Source of the DNA: Eledone cirrhosa
Taxonomy: Eukaryota
NCBI GenBank assembly: GCA_964016885.1
Contig: OZ024740.1
Location: 435,488,001 to 435,552,000, forward strand
Length of the DNA: 64,000 nucleotides
Direction of reading: 5' to 3'
Both the position numbers and the translations under genes were made by a program. The notes beneath the pieces were generated by a model. The model was not told the origin of the DNA. It saw only the letters and a list, made by a program, of their open reading frames with translations, and ran no database searches. Numbering within the stretch: position 1 is the stretch's first letter; every line of letters begins with the position of its first letter. Of this stretch, positions 22,003 through 34,540 are shown one piece after another.

Positions 22003-24049
22003 TCTGTTTCTAAGACAACTACTTTAAAATAGACAATGTTACTAGGTTTATTAACTTCACATTTCCCTTTCTATATTTATTTATTTATTTAATCAGCAGT
22101 GCCGACCAAGGATGCCAGAGGTCTCAAGAAAGACCAGTACAAAGAGGAAGCTGTCGGTCAGGCCCCTGTATTTCTCTCCTCTGTATTGCAAGCAGCGGAG
22201 AAATGGAGAACAAGTCGCTGTACATCGCATCCCAAATTAGGAATTTGCCTTGAAAGGGTTAATCCATTGGGGTCTTTGCCTTCACCACGTGACCAGCCAT
22301 GGGAAACTGACTGTGTCAAAGCTCCTTCAGATTACATCATTCAGATGTCATGTGGAGACTAATTTTGAGTTTTTTTCTTAATATCTCTTGCTCTTGGCAA
22401 CAGTTAAACATGCCCCCCCCCCTTCAAGTGGAGAAACTAATGAGTTACCACCTATTTATTCCTGTTTTCTTATACATTGTAGGTATTTCATTGTGTTTTT
22501 CTTGACAATATATACTTAACACTACCCACTTCAGCCTATTGTCAACAAGTCCTCTCTGATGTTGCCACAGATAGATTAGTAGTATATGCACTGGGAAATT
22601 TTTCTAAAACCTCAGTTGAAACATTGACTTTATGCTTGGTTGTAGGGTCCTGTAATTCTCGGGGGGAGTCGTAGGGATGCAGTATTGAAAGATGGCATTT
22701 CTGGGGAATTAAAAAAAATCTGTTAGAGTCTATCTCCTCTCCAGGTCTGAATACAGCAGATCTCTTCCAGAGAGGGGGAGAATTGAAGTGAGAAAGATAT
22801 ATAGGGGAAGAATAGACCCAGTACTTGACTGGTACTTTTTTTTAGTGACCTCGAATGGTTGAAAGGTAAAGTTGATCTCGGCAGGAACTGCGAGAGCAGA
22901 GAGCTGAAACAAATACCACGTAACGACTCTGACAATTCACCACCATATTGACTTTATGAGCTGCAGTAATTTAACAGGCATTTGTGTAACAATATTTAAC
23001 AATCTTTTATAGTGTTTAGCTTTTTGTTGTTGAGAAAATAATCATATTTTCTGTAAAGTAGGTGTCTTGATAAATCTCTGCTTTAATTACAGTAACGTTT
23101 CTTAAACAGGTTTCCATTCTGGGAAAACACAAAAGTCTGGGAGTTTTATTATGGAAATTTCCTTCAATCAAATGACTTTGACCAAATAACAGTATTTCAG
23201 GGTCATTGAAAATTGAGAATCTATTGTATTGTGGGATTAGGGTACATAGCTATAGTGTTAATATCCTTCAGGACTAGTTTAATACAAGAGAAATTGTCAG
23301 ATTGTGTCTGTGATAGTCTGTCTCTATGTGTTTGTATGTATACATGTTTGTGTGTGTTTGTGTTATTTTTCTTTCAGAATAGTTACTGCTAGACTTACTA
23401 GTTAAAAGCTTGGTAGTCTGTATTCTGCCACTGGTATACGTCACTGTAAATAGGTACCATAATAAAGTTTGTCATTGAGGAGGAATATAAAAGTGATAGA
23501 TATTTAATGAAACTTATATTGAAAGGGATAGTCTCTACCAGATAGTCTCTGGTGTATTATACATAAAACAACATTCTCCAGTCCCTACCAAAGTGACTTC
23601 TCTGGGGTGTTATACATAAAATAACATTCTCCCCGGTCTCAGCACTGCAACTCTCTCTCTCTCTCCCCTCCCTCTCTCTCTCCCCCCTCTCTCTCTGTAT
23701 GTGTTTATGTGTGTATGTTTATATATAAATATATACACATACGTGTATGTGTATGTTTTTATATATGCATGTTTCTTTTTAATGAGTCTGTGTGTGTGAA
23801 TGTGTGTGTGTATGTATATATGTGTGTGTATGTATATATGTGTGTGAATGTGTATGTATATATGTGTGTTAATGTGTATATTTTTCTACTACTATTTATG
23901 AATGCCTCGGGGAGTAATATACTAAATATACCATTTGAAGTCCAAGTGTTACTGTGTATGTGTGTGTATATATGTTAATGTGTATATTCCTCTACTTCTA
24001 TTAAAGCCCAAGTGTTGCTGTGTGTATTCATTTCATTTTCATTCATTTC

Positions 24050-24375
24050 ATTTTACGTCCGCTTTTTCCCTGCTTGCAAGGGTGAGACGGGAACTGATTT
24101 TGGCTTGATTTCTACAGCTGGATGCCCTTCCTGACACCAACCTTATTTACAGTGAGTGCTGGGTGCTTTTTTGCCGTGGCACCTCCACGACCACTTTGCA
24201 GTGGAATGATATGGACCCCAGTCCCTATCATCTCATTTCTACAGCTGAGTAAACTGGAGCAATGTGAAATAAAGTGTCTTGCTCAAGGAAACAACACATC
24301 ACCCGGTCTGAGAATTGAACTCACAACCTTTCGATTGCAAGGCCAATGCTCTAACCACTAAGCCATGTGCCTCCA
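24050..24375 (-). mobile_element. tRNA-derived SINE group 2, full length, with an RTE-derived 3' tail
   Basis: Head ggcacatggcttagtggttagagcattg...gagttcaattc (A and B boxes), core ccttgagcaagacactt, tail cccttgcaagcagggaaaaagcggacgtaaaatg. A near-identical copy lies at 33165-33485. Related pieces occur at 6970-7130, 19330-19500, 24450-25100, 31880-32020, 33925-34160, 36985-37165, 37650-37990, 38745-38900, 56780-56885 and 61070-61390. Confidence 0.87.
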
Positions 24376-25132
24376 TGTATATATATATGTGTGTGTATAT
24401 TCCTCTACTACTATTGAAATCCAAGTGTGTATATATATATATATATAGGCCGTGTAGGTAACACGGTAAAAACCTCCCAGTCCACACTGTAAACGTGGTT
24501 GGTGTTAGGAAGGGCATCCAGCCGTAGAAAACCTGCCAGACAGTCCTATACGAGCAGGACAACAAATCTTGCCTCAAGTGGGAAAACTCCCGTCCAAACC
24601 CATGCAAGCGTGGAAGATGGACGTTAAACGATGATGATGATGATGATGATGATGTATTGGTGTTAGGAAGGGCATCCAGCTGTAAAATACCTGCCAGAGA
24701 CACTTCCATGCGAGCGAGACATGGTCTCCCGACTATTCCCGTATCAAATGGAATAAAACCGTATAACCCATGCTAGCGTGGAAGATGGATATTAAATTAT
24801 GATGATGATGAGGGTGATGAGGGTGATGATATCATCATCATCATCATCACCGTTTTACGTCCGTTCTTCCACGCTAGCATGGGTTAGAAGGGTTGTCCTG
24901 TTGTGGGCAGTGTCTGGTCGGCTGACCATGACTTGCTCATACAGGAACTGATCTGGCTTGATTTCTACAGCTGGATGCCCTTCCTAACACCAACCTCATT
25001 TACAGTGAGTGCTGGGTGCTTTTTCGTGGCGCCTACACGTCCACTTTACAGTGTGGGCTGGGTGCTTTTTTGCCGTGGCACCTCCACGACCACCTTGCAG
25101 TGGGGGGAGTGGGGGCATATTGTTTATATGCT

Positions 25133-28100
25133 TCAGCATGTACCCATGGGAGGTCGGGTACCCTGTATTACTGCGTGACGCCAGAAGTCACGGTCGTGTG
25201 TCATTGTCTTTGAGAGGTGTAGTTGGGTAAGGTCGGCTTTTATCACCTCATCCCAAGTCATCTTGGGTCTCCCCACTCCGCGGTTTCCATCAACTTCTAG
25301 TGCTCTGCACCTTTTTATGCAGCTGTCATCCTTCATACGCATCACATGTCCATACCAGCGTAACCGCCTCTCCTGCACGCAGCATTTGATTCCTCTTATG
25401 CTCAGTCTCTCTCTCAATTCCTTTATGCTTTGTCGTTCACGTATATTACTGTTACACATCCATCGGAGCATGCAGGCTTCGTTTCTCTCTAATCTACGTA
25501 AGTCTTCCACCTTCAGCGCCCAGGTCTCACTACCATGCAACATCGCTGTTCGGATACACGCATCATACAGTCTGCCTTTCATTCTGAGGGAGAAGCCTTT
25601 TGCAGCTAGCAGTGGTAGTAGTTCCCTAAACTTCTTCCATCCCGTTCTTACCCTAGTTATTGTACTTTCTGAGCACCCACCTCCGTTGCTAATTCGGTCA
25701 CCTAGGTAGCAGAAGCTGTCTACTGTTTCTACAGGGCCCTCCCAGAGATTGGTGGTACTTGTTTCCTGTGGCTGTTTGCTTACTGTTTCAGCACAGCTGC
25801 TGCATGTGAATCCTACATTCTTAATTAAGCTTCCTGAGATCCCGCTACATCTCTTGTGTACCCATTGTTTGCATTTGGGGCAGAGAATGGAGTTCCTACC
25901 TACACCTTTCCTACATACTGAGCAAGGCCATTTCCCTGAGGGGATCTGGGTTCTGTTTTCTCGTCTACTTACATGGACCTTAGTCTTTGTCATGTTGACT
26001 TTGAGGTTTGGAATTTATTCTCTAGTTCTACCATAGATTCAGCTATGAGTGCGAGGTCATCAGCATACAGGAGTTCCCATGGGCATCCGGTCTTAAACTC
26101 CTCCGTTATTGCCTGCAGGACTATGATGAACAGGAGAGGGCTAAGAACAGAGCCCTGGTGGACCCCAACCTGTACGCTAAATTCCTCGCTATACTCATTG
26201 CCAATCCTAACTTTGCTGACTGCTCCCCTATACATGGCTTGTACCGCTTTCACAAGCCATTCATCTACTCCTAGTTTTCTAAGAGCCCACCAGATTACTG
26301 CACGTGGAACTCTGTCAAAGGCTTTCTCAAGGTCGACAAATGCCAAGTAGAGTGGCTTACTTTTAGCTAGGTACTTTTCCTGTAATTGCCTCACAAGGAA
26401 GAGCGCATCAGTGGTGCCTTTCCCTGGAACAAACCCAAATTGCATCTCGTCTATATTCACCCGGTCCCTAATCAGCTGTGCTATAATTCTTTCTGTTACT
26501 TTCATGACCTGGTCCATCAACTTTATACCTCTATAGTTTCCTCTATCTAGTGCATCGCCTTTACCTTTGTAGCAGTTGACAATGATGCTACTGCACCAAT
26601 CTTTTGGTATGGCCCCCTCTAGTATTACCTGGTTAACGATACGTGTGGTTATAGTGTGACCTACAGACCCAGATGCCTTCAGCATCTCGGCAGCTATACC
26701 CGATGGACCGGTTGCCTTCCCTATCTTCATATCTCTGATTGCCTTACTTACTACGCTGCCGCTGACTTGTACTGCTGGTCCCTCTATAGGGTCTACGTGG
26801 GGTAGGGTCTCTTCTTCCCATGCATTCTCCTCATTTAGTAATCTATCATAATGACTCTTCCATGCATCTTTCTTCTCAGCACTTGTGAGGGCAAGCTCAC
26901 CTTTATCATTCCGGATACACTTCTCTCCAATGACATCACAACTATCTCTGACACACTGCCTCGCAATCTTGAATACCTCCTGTTTCTGGTCCTCACGTTG
27001 TAAAACATGCTTGAATTTTCTATCCTCTGCTTCCCTCCTAGCTAAGTATACTTGTCGCCTAGCTTCCCTCTTGGTCTCTATGTAATGTACCCTGCTCCCC
27101 CCGTTCTTCCATTCTTTCCATGCCTGTCTCTTGGCCTTGACTGCTTCATCTACCTTATTGTTCCACCACCAAGTCACTCTCCTCCTGCTTGAGGTCTTAC
27201 TCCAGCCACAAACCTCATCCGTCGCCTCTAGTAAGTTATTTTTTAGGAACTCCCAGTTCTCTTCTACGTTAAATGTCTCTATCTGTTCTTCTTTACTGTC
27301 GTAGGCGTTGAGTAAAATATCTTTAAATCTGTTACTGGTTGAGGGGACTTTCAGCTTCCAGATCTTTCTTCTCCAGGTTGGCCTCTGTTTCAGGGCTCGT
27401 CTAGTTCTGACCGTGAGGTCGCTGACAACTAAGCTATGTTGGGATGTACATTCCTCACTAGGGAAGGCTTTTGTGTTTACGACCGTCCATCTGTCACGTC
27501 CTCTGATGAGGATAAAATCTAACTGACTAGAGTGCTCCCCTGATCTATAGGTGATCAGGTGGTTGTCGGGTTTTTTAAAGTTTGTGTTACATATCGACAT
27601 GTCATTGGCGTCGCAGAATTCTAGAAGTCTGAATCCTTCCTCATTCCTTGTGCCAACTCCATGGCCTCCATGTACTCTATTGAAGCCGTCGCAGTGTTTA
27701 CCTACGTGTCCGTTAAAATCTCCTGCAATGATTAGGAAGTCCTTGTCGTCTGTTAGAGCAGTAGTGTGTATTAGGGACTCGTAAAACCTATCCTTAAGTT
27801 CGTCTGGCAGCCCCGATTGGGGTGCGTAAGCTGATATTATTGTGGTAATTGTCTTATTCAGGACTAGTCTGAGTTTAATGATTCTTGCATTTACCCTGTA
27901 CACTGAGATTACTTTATCTACCCACTTGTCAGCTAATAGTATACCTACACCACCCATCCCATCGTCATTTCCCACCCAGAAAAATTTGTAGCACTGGCTT
28001 TTTCCTACAAGGACTCTAGCAGACCCTCCTCTCCATCTAGTCTCTTGCACACAGCATACATCAACTTCCTTTCGCTCTAGCATTTCTACGATTTCTCCTG

Positions 28101-28224
28101 CTCTTCCTTTCATTGAGCCTACATTGATGGTACCAACTCGGAGTTTTGGGCATTTGTCGACACTCGTAGGGGAGGGTCTCTGGGTTGGCGCTTCACGTGG
28201 GTGCTTGGTAGCTCGCAGATTCAT
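25133..28224 (-). mobile_element. RTE-clade LINE (family A): AP endonuclease + RT + PHD-like insert; single frameshift at ~25990
   Basis: APE motifs GTINVGSM, CVQETRW, SAYAPQ, AGDFNGHVG, LDFIL and SQHSLV. RT motifs NYRGIKL, FVDLEKAFDRV, GVHQGSVLSP and LLYADDL. Cys/His insert CSVC..CPKC..WVHKRC..CSSC. RTE C-terminus MLHGSETW, RRLRWYGHVMRM, GRPKMTW. Confidence 0.96.
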
Positions 28225-28484
28225 ATTTCATCTATTGATTCAGAGTTGCTCGTGTATTCCCAGCTCATCCATCCCTAACGGTGGGAAAATTGAGGGCTAG
28301 AAGGGCAGTGGTGGTGGGGTAATGGCAGGGTGTGTTGGGATGCGCCAGAGGAGGAGAGAGTTAGTTAGGCAGGTAGTAGCAGCAGCAGCAGTGGAAATGG
28401 CATGCTAGGTTTGATTGGTCGAATAGACTATGGTGGTGTGTGGGGGTGGGGGGGAGGGAAATTGTGAGGTAGGAACTGAGGGTC

Positions 28485-30472
28485 GCATGGTAAATATCCA
28501 AGTTAATAAGTTAATACTACATCAGTAAAATTAACAATAATAACGTCATGAAAAAAGCTACTAAGAGAAACCCTCGAAAATTTATCGCTAATACAGCAGG
28601 GAAAATTTAACGCTAATACAGCAGGGAACATCATAATATTAACGACATGAAAAAGCTACTAAGAGAAACCCTCGAAAATTTATCGCTAATACAGCAGGGA
28701 AAATTTAACGCTAATACAGCAGGGAACATCATAATATTAACGACATGAAAAAGCTACTAAGAGAAACCCTCGAAAATTTATCGCTAATACAGCAGGGAAA
28801 ATTTAACGCTAATACAGCAGGGAACATCATAATATTAACGACATGAAAAAGCTACTAAGAGAAACCCTCGAAAATTTATCGCTAATACAGCAGGGAAAAT
28901 TTAACGCTAATACAGCAGGGAACATCATAATATTAACGACAATATGTAGGCTAAAATACCTTCGTAGATTAGGTGGATGGCTGGCTGGGAAAATTTGAAT
29001 CAGCTCTAGTGGTACATTTTAGCAGAGAAGAATGGCAAAGTGTCTTATCTCTTCAATATTTTCAGATTGAATGAATTAGGTTAAAGACAGGGTAGTAAGC
29101 CTTAAAGAAGTGCATAGAGGGGGGGGGGGGGTTAGGAACTGAGGGTCGCATGGTAAATAACTGAGAGAGATACAATAGGATTAGAATACCGCATGGTAAA
29201 TATCCAAGTTAATAAGTTAATACTACATCAGTAAAATTAACAATAATAACGTCATGAAAAAAGCTACTAAGAGAAACCCTCGAAAATTTATCGCTAATAC
29301 AGCAGGGAAAATTTAACGCTAATACAGCAGGGAACATCATAATATTAACGACATGAAAAAGCTACTAAGAGAAACCCTCGAAAATTTATCGCTAATACAG
29401 CAGGGAAAATTTAACGCTAATACAGCAGGGAACATCATAATATTAACGACATGAAAAAGCTACTAAGAGAAACCCTCGAAAATTTATCGCTAATACAGCA
29501 GGGAAAATTTAACGCTAATACAGCAGGGAACATCATAATATTAACGACATGAAAAAGCTACTAAGAGAAACCCTCGAAAATTTATCGCTAATACAGCAGG
29601 GAAAATTTAACGCTAATACAGCAGGGAACATCATAATATTAACGACAATATGTAGGCTAAAATACCTTCGTAGATTAGGTGGATGGCTGGCTGGGAAAAT
29701 TTGAATCAGCTCTAGTGGTACATTTTAGCAGAGAAGAATGGCAAAGTGTCTTATCTCTTCAATATTTTCAGATTGAATGAATTAGGTTAAAGACAGGGTA
29801 GTAAGCCTTAAAGAAGTGCATAGAGGGGGGGGGGTAGGAACTGAGGGTCGCATGGTAAATAACTGAGAGAGATACAATAGGATTAGAATACCGCATGGTA
29901 AATATCCAAGTTAATAAGTTAATACTACATCAGTAAAATTAACAATAATAACGTCATGAAAAAAGCTACTAAGAGAAACCCTCGAAAATTTATCGCTAAT
30001 ACAGCAGGGAAAATTTAACGCTAATACAGCAGGGAACATCATAATATTAACGACATGAAAAAGCTACTAAGAGAAACCCTCGAAAATTTATCGCTAATAC
30101 AGCAGGGAAAATTTAACGCTAATACAGCAGGGAACATCATAATATTAACGACATGAAAAAGCTACTAAGAGAAACCCTCGTAAATTTATCGCTAATACAG
30201 CAGGGAAAATTTAACGCTAATACAGCAGGGAACATCATAATATTAACGACATGAAAAAGCTACTAAGAGAAACCCTCGAAAATTTATCGCTAATACAGCA
30301 GGGAAAATTTAACGCTAATACAGCAGGGAACATCATAATATTAACGACAATATGTAGGCTAAAATACCTTCGTAGATTAGGTGGATGGCTGGCTGGGAAA
30401 ATTTGAATCAGCTCTAGTGGTACATTTTAGCAGAGAAGAATGGCAAAGTGTCTTATCTCTTCAATATTTTCA
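28485..30472 (-). repeat. Amplified RTE 5' UTR: three ~705-bp units, each containing four 98-bp subrepeats
   Basis: gcatggtaaatatccaag recurs at ~28485, ~29191 and ~29893. The subunit catgaaaaagctactaagagaaaccctcg... has a 98-bp period. Confidence 0.92.
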
Positions 30473-30476
30473 CATT

Positions 30477-31780
30477 TCATTCCTTGTGCCAACTCCATGG
30501 CCTCCATGTACTCTATTGAAGCCGTCGCAGTGTTTACCTACGTGTCCGTTAAAATCTCCTGCAATGATTAGGAAGTCCTTGTCGTCTGTTAGAGCAGTAG
30601 TGTGTATTAGGGACTCGTAAAACCTATCCTTAAGTTCGTCTGGCAGCCCCGATTGGGGTGCGTAAGCTGATATTATTGTGGTAATTGTCTTATTCAGGAC
30701 TAGTCTGAGTTTAATGATTCTTGCATTTACCCTGTACACTGAGATTACTTTATCTACCCACTTGTCAGCTAATAGTATACCTACACCACCCATCCCATCG
30801 TCATTTCCCACCCAGAAAAATTTGTAGCACTGGCTTTTTCCTACAAGGACTCTAGCAGACCCTCCTCTCCATCTAGTCTCTTGCACACAGCATACATCAA
30901 CTTCCTTTCGCTCTAGCATTTCTACGATTTCTCCTGCTCTTCCTTTCATTGAGCCTACATTGATGGTACCAACTCGGAGTTTTGGGCATTTGTCGACACT
31001 CGTAGGGGAGGGTCTCTGGGTTGGCGCTTCACGTGGGTGCTTGGTAGCTCGCAGATTCATATTTCATCTATTGATTCCGAGTTGCTCAAATGTATTCTCA
31101 GCTCATCCATCCATAACGGTGGGAAAATTGAGGGCTAGAAGAACAGTGGTGGTGGGGTAATGGCAGGGTGTGTTGGGATGCGCCAGAGGAGGAGAGAGTT
31201 AGTTAGGCAGGTAGTAGCAGCAGCAGTGGAAATGGCATGCTAGGTTTGATTGGTCGAATAGACTATGGTGGTGTGTGTGTGTGGGGGGGGGGGGGGAGCT
31301 TGTGAGGTAGGAACTGAGGGTCGCATGGTAAATAACTGAGAGAGATACAATAGAATTAGAATACCGCATGGTAAATATCCAAGTTAATACTACATCAGTA
31401 AAATTAACAATAATAATGTCATGAAAACTACTAAGAAAAACCCTCGAAAATTTATCGCTAATACAGCAGGGAACATCATTAATATTAACAATAATATGTA
31501 GGCTAAAATACCTTCGGAGATTAGTGAGAATGGATGGATGGCTGGAACAATTGGAATCAACTCTAGTGATACATTTTAGCAGAGAAGAATGGGAAAGTGT
31601 CTTATCTCTTCAATATTTTCAGATTGAATGAATTAGGTTGAATAGGTTAAAGACAGGGTAGTAAACCTTAAAGAGATGCATAGAGAGGAGGGGGGGGGGG
31701 GGGGGGTAGGAACTGAGAGTCGCATGGTAAATAACTGAGAGAGATACAACAGAATTAGAATACCGCATGGTAAATATATA
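30477..31780 (-). mobile_element. Second copy of the RTE family A 5' end (UTR + first ~195 codons)
   Basis: ORF 30470-31060 is identical in protein to the N-terminus of 25990-28224. Its UTR carries only one short version of the 98-bp unit. Confidence 0.92.
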
Positions 31781-32037
31781 TACATACATGTTATTGTGTA
31801 TATTTCTCTACTACTATTAAGTCCAAGTGTTGCTGTGTATGTGTGTATATATATATATATCATCATCATCATCATCATCAGGTTTAGCGTCCGTGTTCCA
31901 CGCTTGCATGGGTTTGGACGGGGGTTTTCCCACTTGAGGCAAGAGTGGTTGTCTTGCTCGCATAGGACTGTATCTGGCGGGTTTTCTACAGTTGGATGCC
32001 CTTCCTAACACCAACCACATTTACATTTATATATATA

Positions 32038-32172
32038 TAAGTTTATCCCAGGTTCAATCGGGGGTAACCACAGTAAGTAAGGTACTCAATACATAACAGA
32101 GTATAAATATTTAATATAGAAAGGCTTCTACAGGACTAGAACTGTTTCTTTCGGGAGAAATCATCAGTTCTA
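32038..32172 (-). mobile_element. pLTR end fragment, HHR family E (helix I 5' arm missing)
   Basis: Reverse complement of 32975-33100, containing CTGATGA...GAAAcagttctagtcctgTAgaag on the minus strand. Confidence 0.75.
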
Positions 32173-32184
32173 GTCTTGGTTCTA

Positions 32185-32890
32185 AGGAACTCGCATAAAT
32201 TCTATAAAATGCACACAATGCAGATCCTGGGTACACAAGAGATGTAGTGGGATAGCAGGCAAACTAACAGGTAGGGAGAAATATGTATGCAGTAGATGTA
32301 CAGGGAAATTAAACAGTAGAAGTCGCATTGATAGACACATTTTTCAAATGCAGGAGGGTGCTATAGAAGTTTAGGGAGCTGCTTCCTCTGTTGACGAAGA
32401 AGGGTTTCTCCCTGTGTACGAAAGGTCGGTTGTATGATGCCTGTGTGAGGAGCGTGATGCTGCATGGTAGTGAGACATGGGCAGCAACTGCAGAGGATAT
32501 GCGACGGCTGGAGAGAAATGAGGCAAGCATGCTCCATTGGATGTGCAGTGTAAATGTGCGTGAACGACCCAGCATAAGTGTGTTGAGAGAGAAACTGTGT
32601 CTGAGAGGGATAGAATGTAGTGTACGGGAGAGGAGACTGAGGTGGTATGGACATGTGATGCGCATGGAGGATGACCGATGGATGAAGAAGTGCCAGGAAA
32701 TGCCAGTTGAAGGAAGACGTGGTAGAGGTAGACCACGAAAAACATGGGTGGAGGTGGTGAGAACAGACTTCAGATCATTGAAGCTCACGGTGGAGATGAC
32801 GAAGGACCGTGACAAGTGGAGAGATGGTGTGCTGAATAGGACCCACCCACCCTTGCAAGCAGGGAAAAGTGGACGTAAAATGATGATGAT
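32185..32890 (+). mobile_element. RTE family B, 5'-truncated copy with an internal deletion
   Basis: PHD-like region followed by GRLYDACVRSVMLHGSETW...RRLRWYGHVMRM...GRPRKTW and a (GAT)n tail. Near-identical to 57485-58280(-). Confidence 0.92.
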
Positions 32891-32914
32891 ATATATATAT
32901 ACACGTATATATAC

Positions 32915-33097
32915 AATATAGATAGGCTTCTACAGGACTAGAACTGTTTCATTCGGTAGAAATCATCAGACTTCCTGATGATTTTACCGAATGAAACAGT
33001 TCTAGTCCTGTAGAAGCCTTTCTATATTAAATATTTATACTCTGCTATGTATTGAGTACCTTACTTATGTGGTTACCCCCGATTGAACCCGGATAAA

Positions 33098-33100
<3 letters not shown>
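32915..33100 (+). mobile_element. Fold-back mini-element, HHR family E, in (TA)n
   Basis: 32924-32969 is an inverted copy of 32975-33019. A gtattgagtac motif lies downstream. Confidence 0.8.
32971..33016 (+). ncRNA. Type-I hammerhead ribozyme, family E
   Basis: cttc-CTGATGA-ttt taccg aat-GAAA-cag ttctagtc ctg-TA-gaag. Helix I has 4 bp, helix III has 4 bp, and the triplet is GUA. Confidence 0.8.
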
Positions 33101-33142
<42 letters not shown>

Positions 33143-33482
33143 TCATCATCATCATCATCATCATTTCATTTTACGTCCGCTTTTTCCCTGCTTGCAAGGG
33201 TGAGACGGGAACTGATGCTGGCTTGATTTCTACAGCTGGATGCCCTTCCTAACGCCAACCTCATTTACAGTGAGTGCTGGGTGCTTTTTTGCCGTGGCAC
33301 CTCCACGACCACTTTGCAGTGGAATGATAGGGACCCCAGTCCCCCTCATCTCATTTCTACAGCTGAGTAAACTGGAGCAATGTGAAATAAAGTGTCTTGC
33401 TCAAGGAAACAACACATCACCCGGTCTGAGAATTGAACTCACAACCTTTTGATTGCAAGGCCAATGCTCTAACCACTAAGCC

Positions 33483-33530
<48 letters not shown>

Positions 33531-33681
33531 GTTAATGTTTATATTTCTCTATTACTACTGAAGTCCAAGTGTTGCTGTGTTTATCTTTATTTTTTATTTT
33601 TTCATTCGCACCGTTTCCTTTCGCTATATGTCTCTCCACCACTCCCCTACACACCCTTTGAACTCTGTTCCCACACACTTC

Positions 33682-33717
33682 CCACCTGAGGAAGGGCTTA
33701 TGCCCGAAACGTCCTCC
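33682..33717 (+). ncRNA. Minimal PLE-type hammerhead core, family F (helix I degenerate)
   Basis: CTGAGGA-a-gggc ttat gccc-GAAA-cg-TC, followed by AATAAA (~33752) and (TA)n. Confidence 0.55.
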
Positions 33718-34384
33718 CCCACCAACACCCCACTCTCCAGAGCGTGAAATTAATAAACATTTGTTGTACTGCCTCTCTGTTTTGTCCCTGTTCAAATTTT
33801 TCCATTATATATATATATATATGTGTATATATATATATATATACATACATGTTAATGTGTATATTTCTCTACTACTATTAAAGTCCAAGTGTTGCTGTGT
33901 ATGTATCATCATCATCATCATCATCATCGTTAAACGTCCATCTTCCACGCTAGCATCGGTTTGGACGGGAGTTTTCCCACTTGAGGCAAGAGTGGTTGTC
34001 CTGCTCGCATAGGACTGTCTGGCAGGTTTTCTACAGCTGGATGCCCTTCCTAACACCAACCACATTTACAGTGTGGAACTGGGCGGTTTTTACCGTGTTA
34101 CCTACACGGCCACATTACAGCGTGGACTGTGTGTTTTTTTGTCGTGACACCTACACGACCTCATTTGTTTCGGACTGGATGTTGTGGTACCAACATAATA
34201 TGTATGTATGTATATATATATATGATGTTGACTTGTTCTTTTTTTTGGTAAATATCATCTTGGTTAAGAGAGTGGGACTGGCTTTGTGCAGTGCCTTTGC
34301 TCGCTATAAAAGCTTCACGGCACAGGCATTGCTTTATATCTGGAGATCTATCTGCACTTGTCGTCACATGGTACGATGGGCCCC

Positions 34385-34540
34385 GCACTGTGTCAATAAT
34401 TGTCACAGGTGTAGTGTTTGTACCAGAGTTTTCAAGTCGCTGGCTGGACTAAAAAGTCACACTCGTTCAGCATCGGTAGGAGTTCTCCTACATGGATATA
34501 AAGTAGTGGCCGTACTCGAAAACGAGTTGGCAGCCACCAT
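34385..34540 (+). mobile_element. 3' end of a LINE (probably RTE-type) with a C-terminal C2H2-like finger; second copy at 60590-60738(-)
   Basis: CSVCTRVFKSLAGLKSHTRS followed by a short UTR ending in (TA)n. Two dispersed near-identical copies. Confidence 0.65.

Noticed and set aside
21329-22003. Cys/His-rich (CHS)n and (CDNCGS)n ORFs resembling metallothioneins
   Set aside because: They are artefacts of a 9/18-bp repeat with frame-breaking 16-bp units.
24300-24375. tRNA-like sequences with A/B boxes (also 33410-33485, 61238-61300)
   Set aside because: They are SINE heads continuing into core and tail; there is no proper acceptor stem or terminator.
28485-30472. Regularly spaced repeats resembling CRISPR
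   Set aside because: The units are contiguous and identical with no variable spacers; they belong to the RTE 5' UTR.
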